NCBI GenBank assembly: GCA_944342025.1
Contig: CALVMD010000004.1
Location: forward strand, 5,201 to 69,200
DNA length: 64,000 nucleotides
Source of the DNA: an uncultured Clostridia bacterium
GTDB taxonomy: Bacteria > Bacillota > Clostridia > Christensenellales > Borkfalkiaceae
Reading direction: 5' to 3'
Shown here: piece after piece, positions 58,187 to 64,000 of the stretch
Layout of the letters: every line of letters starts with the position of its first letter
How positions within the stretch are numbered: position 1 is the first letter of the stretch
Program-made: the position numbers and the translations under genes
The notes under the pieces: generated by a model
The model's input: only the letters and a program-made list of their open reading frames with translations
Databases searched by the model: none
What the model was told of the DNA's origin: nothing

Positions 58187-60355
58187 ATGACGGCGGAAGT
58201 CATCGTCGACATCGCGCACAGCGAGGTGGATAAAATATTCGAATACCGCGCCATCGACGGTGTTTTTGCGGGCAGCCGCGTCAAAGTCCCGTTCGGCGGA
58301 AGGGTCGTAGACGGGTTCGTCATGCGGCTGAAAGAGGGCAGCGATTTCGATTCGGACAAACTGAAAAGCATTTTATCCGCCGTGGACGAGATCCCCGCGC
58401 TCAATGCGGAATGCCTGGCGCTCGTAGATTCGATCGCGGTGCGCTATCATTGCCCGAAGGCGCTCGTTTTAAGGTTGTTTTTGCCCGGCGAGATGCGTAA
58501 AGGCAAAGTGCGCGAGCGGTATAAAAACGTCGCCGTATTCGTAAAAGAGATCGAAATTTCTCCCCGCGCGAAGGCGCAGCGCGCCGCGCTCGATCATTTA
58601 AGGGAGAACGGCAGGGCCGACTACACTGATTTTTGTGAAAAATTCGGCCGCTCTGCCGTCGCGGCGCTCGTGGAAAAGGGCGCCGCCGCGCTCGAAAAAG
58701 AGCGCGTGGCGCGCACGCCCTATGCGGCGTTGGAGGGGCTTGCCGCCTCGCACGAGCTGACGGCAGCGCAGAAGGAAGCCGTCCGGAAGATCGGCGCCTC
58801 CGACAAAACGGTGCAGCTTCTGCACGGCGTGACGGGCAGCGGCAAGACGGAGATCTATCTCACCCTCATCGCGAACGCGCTGCGCGAGGGCAGGAGCGCG
58901 ATTTTTCTTGTGCCCGAGATCGCGCTGACGCCGCAGATGTTCAAACAGCTGCGCGCGCGGTTCGGAGAGAGCGCCGCCATCCTGCACAGCGGGCTGTCTG
59001 CGGGCGAAAAGTTCGACGAATGGTGGCGGCTCAGGACGGGCGAGGCGAAGATCGCCATCGGCGCGCGCAGCGCCGTATTCGCGCCCGTCGACAACATCGG
59101 CGTGATCGTCATGGACGAAGAACACGATCAGAGCTATGCGAGCGAATCCAATCCCCGCTATCAGACGGAGGAGATCGCAAGGCTGCGCGCCGAACAAAAC
59201 GGCTGCAAACTCATCCTGGGCAGCGCTACGCCTTCGATCGAGGCGTACCGCAAAGCGCAGGAGGGCGAATACGGGCTGTTAGAGCTGACCGAGCGCATCA
59301 ACAAAAAGCCGATGCCCGAGATCCTCATTGCAGATATGCGCAGGGAAGTGCGGCGGGGCAACAACACCGCCTTTTCCGCCCTTTTCAGGGAAGAGCTTTC
59401 CGAATGCCTGCAAAGGGGCGAACAGGCGATCGTCTTTCTCAACCGAAGGGGATACGCGCAGAGCGTGATCTGCCGCGAATGCGGCTATGTCGCGAAGTGC
59501 GAGGCGTGCGACGTGTCGCTCACCTATCACAGCGAGGAAGACTGCCTTAAATGCCATTACTGCGGCGCGCACTATCACATGCTCTCCGCCTGTCCCGAGT
59601 GCGGCGGCACCCACCTGAGTTACGCCGGCACGGGGACGCAGAAGGTGGTGGGCGAGCTGAAAAAACTGTACCCGTCCGCGCGCATCCTGCGCATGGACAA
59701 CGACACGACTTCGGGCAAAGAGGGGCATTACAAAATACTCAAAGCGTTTGCGGACAGAGAGGCCGACATTCTGGTCGGCACGCAGATGATCGCAAAGGGG
59801 CACGATTTCCCCGCGGTCACGCTCGTCGGCATCCTGGATGCGGACATGAGCCTGCACTTTTCCGATTACCGCAGCGGCGAGAGGACGTTCCAGCTCATCA
59901 CGCAGGTTTCGGGCCGCAGCGGCCGCGCGGAAGAGAAGGGCAAAGTCGTCTTGCAGACGTACGATCCCGAAAATTATATCCTGCGCTTTGCGGTCGATTA
60001 CGATTATCAGGGATTTTACCGGCACGAGATTTCCCTCCGGCAAGCGACCTTCTTTCCGCCCTTTGCCAGGATCGTGCGGGTGATGGTCACCTCCCCCGAC
60101 GATAAAAAGGCGCTGGAAACGCTTAAAGAGGTATGGTTTTCGCTCAAAGAGCTGTACGACGGCGCACCGGGAGAATTTTTATTTTTCAATAAAATGAAGG
60201 CGCCCGTCAGGCGGATCCAGAGCAAGTTCCGCTATCAGGTGCTCATGCGCTTGCGTGAAGACAAGCTCCTCGACGAGATCTATTCGCGCGCATTGCGGTA
60301 TTCCTCGCGCGACGTTCTCGTATACGTCGAGGAAAACCCGAACAATCTTTCGTAA
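58187..60355 (+). CDS. priA: Primosomal protein N'
   Basis: GVTGSGKTE, VPEIALTPQ, DEEH, four CxxC, GTQMIAKGHDF, GRSGR. Confidence 0.97.
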   Translation: MTAEVIVDIAHSEVDKIFEYRAIDGVFAGSRVKVPFGGRVVDGFVMRLKEGSDFDSDKLKSILSAVDEIPALNAECLALVDSIAVRYHCPKALVLRLFLPGEMRKGKVRERYKNVAVFVKEIEISPRAKAQRAALDHLRENGRADYTDFCEKFGRSAVAALVEKGAAALEKERVARTPYAALEGLAASHELTAAQKEAVRKIGASDKTVQLLHGVTGSGKTEIYLTLIANALREGRSAIFLVPEIALTPQMFKQLRARFGESAAILHSGLSAGEKFDEWWRLRTGEAKIAIGARSAVFAPVDNIGVIVMDEEHDQSYASESNPRYQTEEIARLRAEQNGCKLILGSATPSIEAYRKAQEGEYGLLELTERINKKPMPEILIADMRREVRRGNNTAFSALFREELSECLQRGEQAIVFLNRRGYAQSVICRECGYVAKCEACDVSLTYHSEEDCLKCHYCGAHYHMLSACPECGGTHLSYAGTGTQKVVGELKKLYPSARILRMDNDTTSGKEGHYKILKAFADREADILVGTQMIAKGHDFPAVTLVGILDADMSLHFSDYRSGERTFQLITQVSGRSGRAEEKGKVVLQTYDPENYILRFAVDYDYQGFYRHEISLRQATFFPPFARIVRVMVTSPDDKKALETLKEVWFSLKELYDGAPGEFLFFNKMKAPVRRIQSKFRYQVLMRLREDKLLDEIYSRALRYSSRDVLVYVEENPNNLS

Positions 60356-60401
60356 AATAACGGGCGGCTTTTTTGCCGCGGCGATCTGCAAGGAGGCAGT
60401 T

Positions 60402-60860
60402 ATGGCGATTCGCAACGTCGTTCAGGTAGGCGACGATATTCTGAGAAAAAAGTGTTTCGAGGTGGAAAACTTCGACGAAAAGCTCTCCCAGCTTTTGGAC
60501 GACATGAAAGACACCGTGCGCAAAGAGGACGGGGCGGGGCTTGCCGCGCCGCAGGTCGGCGTGCTGCGACGCGTCGTCGTCGTGGACGTCAAAGAGGGGT
60601 TTTACGAGTTTGTCAACCCCGTCATCGTCGAAGCAAAGGGAAAGCAGACGGGGTATGAGGGGTGTCTCTCCGTCCGAGGCAAGCGCGGCGTCGTCACGCG
60701 CCCGCTCGTCGTAAAGGTGGAGTATTCCGACCGCAAGGGTAAACGGAAAAAGCTCGTCGCGCGCGGCTTTTTTGCACGCGCCGTCTGTCACGAACTCGAT
60801 CATCTTGACGGCATCCTGTACACCGACAGGGCCGAAACTGTGGAACAGGTCAAGGAATAA
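60402..60860 (+). CDS. def: Peptide deformylase
   Basis: GAGLAAPQVG, EGCLS, HELDHLDG. Confidence 0.96.
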   Translation: MAIRNVVQVGDDILRKKCFEVENFDEKLSQLLDDMKDTVRKEDGAGLAAPQVGVLRRVVVVDVKEGFYEFVNPVIVEAKGKQTGYEGCLSVRGKRGVVTRPLVVKVEYSDRKGKRKKLVARGFFARAVCHELDHLDGILYTDRAETVEQVKE

Positions 60861-60864
60861 GGAT

Positions 60865-61794
60865 ATGAAGATCGTTTACGCGGGCGCGCCGGAATTTTCC
60901 GTCGCGCCCCTCAAAAAATTGCTGGAAGAAGGATTCTGCGTGGCGGCCGTCGTCACGCAGCCGGACAAGCCCGTCGGCAGGAAAGCGGTCATGACGCCTA
61001 CCCCGCTTTCGGCGTTCGCTCGCGGGGCGGGCATTCCCGTATACGCTTTTCCCAAGATTCGGGAACACGTCTCCGAGCTCAGATCGCTCGGCGCCGACCT
61101 TATGGTCACGTGTGCATACGGGCAGATCCTCACGCAGGAAGTTTTGGACGCGTTTCCCATGGGCGTTTACAATATTCATGCGTCGCTTTTGCCCCGCTGG
61201 CGGGGCGCGTCGCCCGTCCAGCATGCCGTGCTTTCGGGCGATCCCGTCACGGGAGTCACCGTCATGAAGACGGACGCGGGATTGGATACGGGGGACATGC
61301 TGCTGAGACGCGAGATCCCCGTCCTGCCCGAAGACACGGCGGGAAGCCTGTCCGAAAAGTTGTCCGCCCTCGGCGGGGAATGTATCGCCGAGGCGCTCCG
61401 GGCACTGCAAGAGGGACGCGCCTCTTTCGAAAAGCAGGACGGTTCGCTTTCCACCCTGTGCAAAAAGATCAGAAAAGAGGACTGCGCCGTCGATTTTTCC
61501 GAAAGCGCCGCAACAGTCTGCCGCCTGATCCGCGCCATGGCGCCCGCGCCCCTCGCGTATGCGTATCTGAACGGTAAGCTCGTCAATTTCTATTTTGCCG
61601 AACCCGCGGAGGGCTGCGGCCGCGCGGGCGAAGTGGTGCGTGCGGATAAGACGGGCATATACGTCGCCGCCGCAGACGGGACGGTCAGGGTGACGGAGCT
61701 GCAGGCGGAAGGGGGCAAAAAGATGCGCGCCGCCGATTTCGTCAACGGCAGGAAAGCCGCCGTCGGCGACGTTTTTGCAAAGGAGAGAACATGA
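60865..61794 (+). CDS. fmt: Methionyl-tRNA formyltransferase
   Basis: VTQPDKP, AYGQIL, NIHASLLPRWRGASP, GLDTGD. Confidence 0.96.
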   Translation: MKIVYAGAPEFSVAPLKKLLEEGFCVAAVVTQPDKPVGRKAVMTPTPLSAFARGAGIPVYAFPKIREHVSELRSLGADLMVTCAYGQILTQEVLDAFPMGVYNIHASLLPRWRGASPVQHAVLSGDPVTGVTVMKTDAGLDTGDMLLRREIPVLPEDTAGSLSEKLSALGGECIAEALRALQEGRASFEKQDGSLSTLCKKIRKEDCAVDFSESAATVCRLIRAMAPAPLAYAYLNGKLVNFYFAEPAEGCGRAGEVVRADKTGIYVAAADGTVRVTELQAEGGKKMRAADFVNGRKAAVGDVFAKERT

Positions 61795-63041
61795 CCAACC
61801 CGCTTGCTGACCCGTATTTCGTACTGAGCAAAGTTTACGGCGGGGGCGCGTACCTGAAACAGGCGCTTGCGGACACGCCCGTGGAGGAGTGTAACCGCGC
61901 CCGCACGGTCAAGATCTGCTACGGCGTTCTGGAAAAGGATGCGTGGCTGGATCACTGCATCCGCGCGTTTGCGCCGAAAAGCCCCAAGCTTCCGGTGCGC
62001 ATCGTCCTCAAAATTTCGCTGTATTTGCTGCTTTTCATGCAGAAAAAGAAATATATGGTCACCGACAACGCGGTCTCTCTCGTCAGAAAACTGGGCAAGG
62101 GGGGAGCTGCGGGGTTCGTGAACGCTTTTCTGCGCACGTTCGACGCGGATAAAGTCAGACTGCCGCAGGACGCGATCGCGGCGCTGTCCTTAAAACTTTC
62201 CTACCCCGCGTTCGCGCTCAAACGCCTGATCGCCGAATACGGCGAAGAGACTGCGGAAAAGATCGCTTCCGCCGCGGCGGAGGGCGTGACCGTGCGTTTT
62301 GCCTGCGGAAAAGAAAAAATCGCCTCTTATCTCGAAGGCGCCGTTTATGAAAACACGCCGTTTGAAAACGTGTACCGTTTCCGTTCGTTCAGAAGGGACG
62401 AAGGGTACGACGCGGGCGAATACACCTTTCAGTCGGTCGGTTCGGTCGCCGTCGCGGATATGGTGCAGGGATGCGAAAATATCCTGGACGCGTGCGCGGC
62501 GCCCGGCGGCAAGAGCGTCCTTCTTTCGCAAAAATGCGGGCACGTGACTTCGTTCGAACTGTATCCGCACCGTGCCGCGCTCATCGAAAGCTATGCCAAG
62601 CGGATGCACAGGGACAATATCACTATCGTCTGCCGCGATTCTTCCGTTTCTGACGAAACTTATTGCGAGACGTTCGATGCCGTCCTTGTGGACGCGCCCT
62701 GTTCGGGGTTCGGGGTCGTTTCGGAAAATCCCGACATCAAGCTGTTCCGCAAAGAGGCAGACCTTGCGGGCATCGGGCGCGCGCAGGCCGCGATCCTGGA
62801 CGCGTGCGCGGCTTATGTGAAACGGGGCGGGGCGCTGTATTATTCCACTTGCTCGGTGCTGGGGGAGGAAAATGACGGCATCGTCGGCGCTTTTCTGGCA
62901 AAACATGCAGAATTTTCTTCGGAGAAGGCGGCAAGCCCGCTCGCGCACGTGCAGAAAAAATACGGAATACAGTTTCTGCCGCACGAAACGGGCGGCGCGG
63001 GCTTTTATTTTGCCAAGATGAAAAAGGGAGAACGGACATGA
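61791..63041 (+). CDS. rsmB: 16S rRNA m5C967 methyltransferase RsmB/Sun
   Basis: NusB-like N-terminus, DACAAPGGKS, DAPCSG, YSTCS. Confidence 0.9.
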   Translation: MTNPLADPYFVLSKVYGGGAYLKQALADTPVEECNRARTVKICYGVLEKDAWLDHCIRAFAPKSPKLPVRIVLKISLYLLLFMQKKKYMVTDNAVSLVRKLGKGGAAGFVNAFLRTFDADKVRLPQDAIAALSLKLSYPAFALKRLIAEYGEETAEKIASAAAEGVTVRFACGKEKIASYLEGAVYENTPFENVYRFRSFRRDEGYDAGEYTFQSVGSVAVADMVQGCENILDACAAPGGKSVLLSQKCGHVTSFELYPHRAALIESYAKRMHRDNITIVCRDSSVSDETYCETFDAVLVDAPCSGFGVVSENPDIKLFRKEADLAGIGRAQAAILDACAAYVKRGGALYYSTCSVLGEENDGIVGAFLAKHAEFSSEKAASPLAHVQKKYGIQFLPHETGGAGFYFAKMKKGERT

Positions 63042-64000
63042 AAGAGATCTTGCAGGATCTGTCCTTTGCCGAGATCGGGGAACTCGTCGCGGAGACGGGC
63101 GAAAAACGTTTCCGTGCGGCGCAGCTGTACCACGGATTGATGCAGGGCAAGCGCATATCCGATATTTCCGATCTGCCCAAGGGGTACAAAGCGAAACTTT
63201 TGGAACGGTTCGAAGACGAACCCGTCAAAATCGTCGAGACGCTGCGAGCCTCCGACGGGACGGAGAAATATCTCTTCGAGCTTTCCGACGGCAACCTCAT
63301 CGAGGGCGTCTTCATGCAGTATAAATACGGCAACACGCAGTGCGTTTCCACGCAGGTGGGCTGCCGCATGAACTGCGCTTTCTGCGCGTCGGGGCTCGGG
63401 GGACTGGTGCGCAACCTCACCGCGGGAGAGATCCTCTCCGAGATCCTCGTCGTAAACGCGCTGCACGGCGGCACCCTTCAAAAGAGGGCAGTCACCAACG
63501 TCGTGCTCATGGGCAGCGGAGAGCCGCTCGACAATTACGAAAATACCGTTAAATTTCTCAGAAACGTTTCGGCGGAGGGCGGCATCGGCATCAGCCCCCG
63601 CAACATCAGCCTGTCCACCTGCGGGCTTGTGCCTAAAATGTACCAACTTGCCGAAGAGGGGCTTCCCGTCAACCTGACGGTGTCGCTGCATTCTCCGTCG
63701 GACGCCGAACGCGAGCGGATCATGCCCGTCGCCAGGGCATATAAGATCGCCGAGATCTTAAAGGCGTGCGACTATTATTTCGGCAAGACGGGGCGGCGCT
63801 ATATCTTCGAATATTCCCTCATCGAAGGGGAAAACGCGGACAGGGAGCACGCGGAGGCGCTTGCGGCCCTGCTCAAAGGCCGCCCCTGCCACGTAAACCT
63901 CATACGCCTCAACGAGGTCAAAGAAAAGGCGCTTTCGGGCGCTTCGGAAAAGGCGGCGTACCGCTTTTTGGGCGTTTTGGAAAAGGCGGGCGTTTCCGCC
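63038..64000 (+). CDS. rlmN: 23S rRNA m2A2503 methyltransferase RlmN (3' partial)
   Basis: FRAAQL, SDGTEKYLF, CVSTQVGCRMNCAFC, MGSGEPL, VSLH; runs off window end. Confidence 0.95.
   Translation, partial: MKEILQDLSFAEIGELVAETGEKRFRAAQLYHGLMQGKRISDISDLPKGYKAKLLERFEDEPVKIVETLRASDGTEKYLFELSDGNLIEGVFMQYKYGNTQCVSTQVGCRMNCAFCASGLGGLVRNLTAGEILSEILVVNALHGGTLQKRAVTNVVLMGSGEPLDNYENTVKFLRNVSAEGGIGISPRNISLSTCGLVPKMYQLAEEGLPVNLTVSLHSPSDAERERIMPVARAYKIAEILKACDYYFGKTGRRYIFEYSLIEGENADREHAEALAALLKGRPCHVNLIRLNEVKEKALSGASEKAAYRFLGVLEKAGVSA

Overview
GC-rich chromosomal segment of a spore-forming Clostridia-type Firmicute (spoIIID with a sigma-E-like promoter; possibly Christensenellales-like, tentative). From left to right: a large repeat-containing surface protein (5' partial); spoIIID; a 2-hydroxyacyl-CoA dehydratase/activase pair; a LysR/acetyltransferase/ADH-remnant/rubrerythrin group; a ~28 kb accessory metabolic region (11.5-39.1 kb); an L-arabinose operon with a GH36; an aldo/keto reductase; and a housekeeping block (lon, engB, rarA, pcrA, ligA, yloC, rpoZ, priA, def, fmt, rsmB, rlmN). 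The standout is the accessory region. Two paralogous GH32 glycan-utilisation clusters each carry a URO-D/MtaA-fold putative methyltransferase directly upstream of a PfkB sugar kinase. They flank a corrinoid methyl-transfer module: B12 riboswitch plus B12 uptake genes, corrinoid protein, ASKHA reductive activator, MtaA/CmuA-like methyltransferase, DUF2284 and a PocR-AraC regulator. A shared, position-conserved operator motif is visible at three module promoters. This suggests, by inference and untested, B12-dependent demethylation of O-methylated sugars coupled to glycan catabolism. The second cluster has a ~4.3 kb deletion junction and a homopolymer frameshift. All assignments come from motif recognition by eye; no searches were run.
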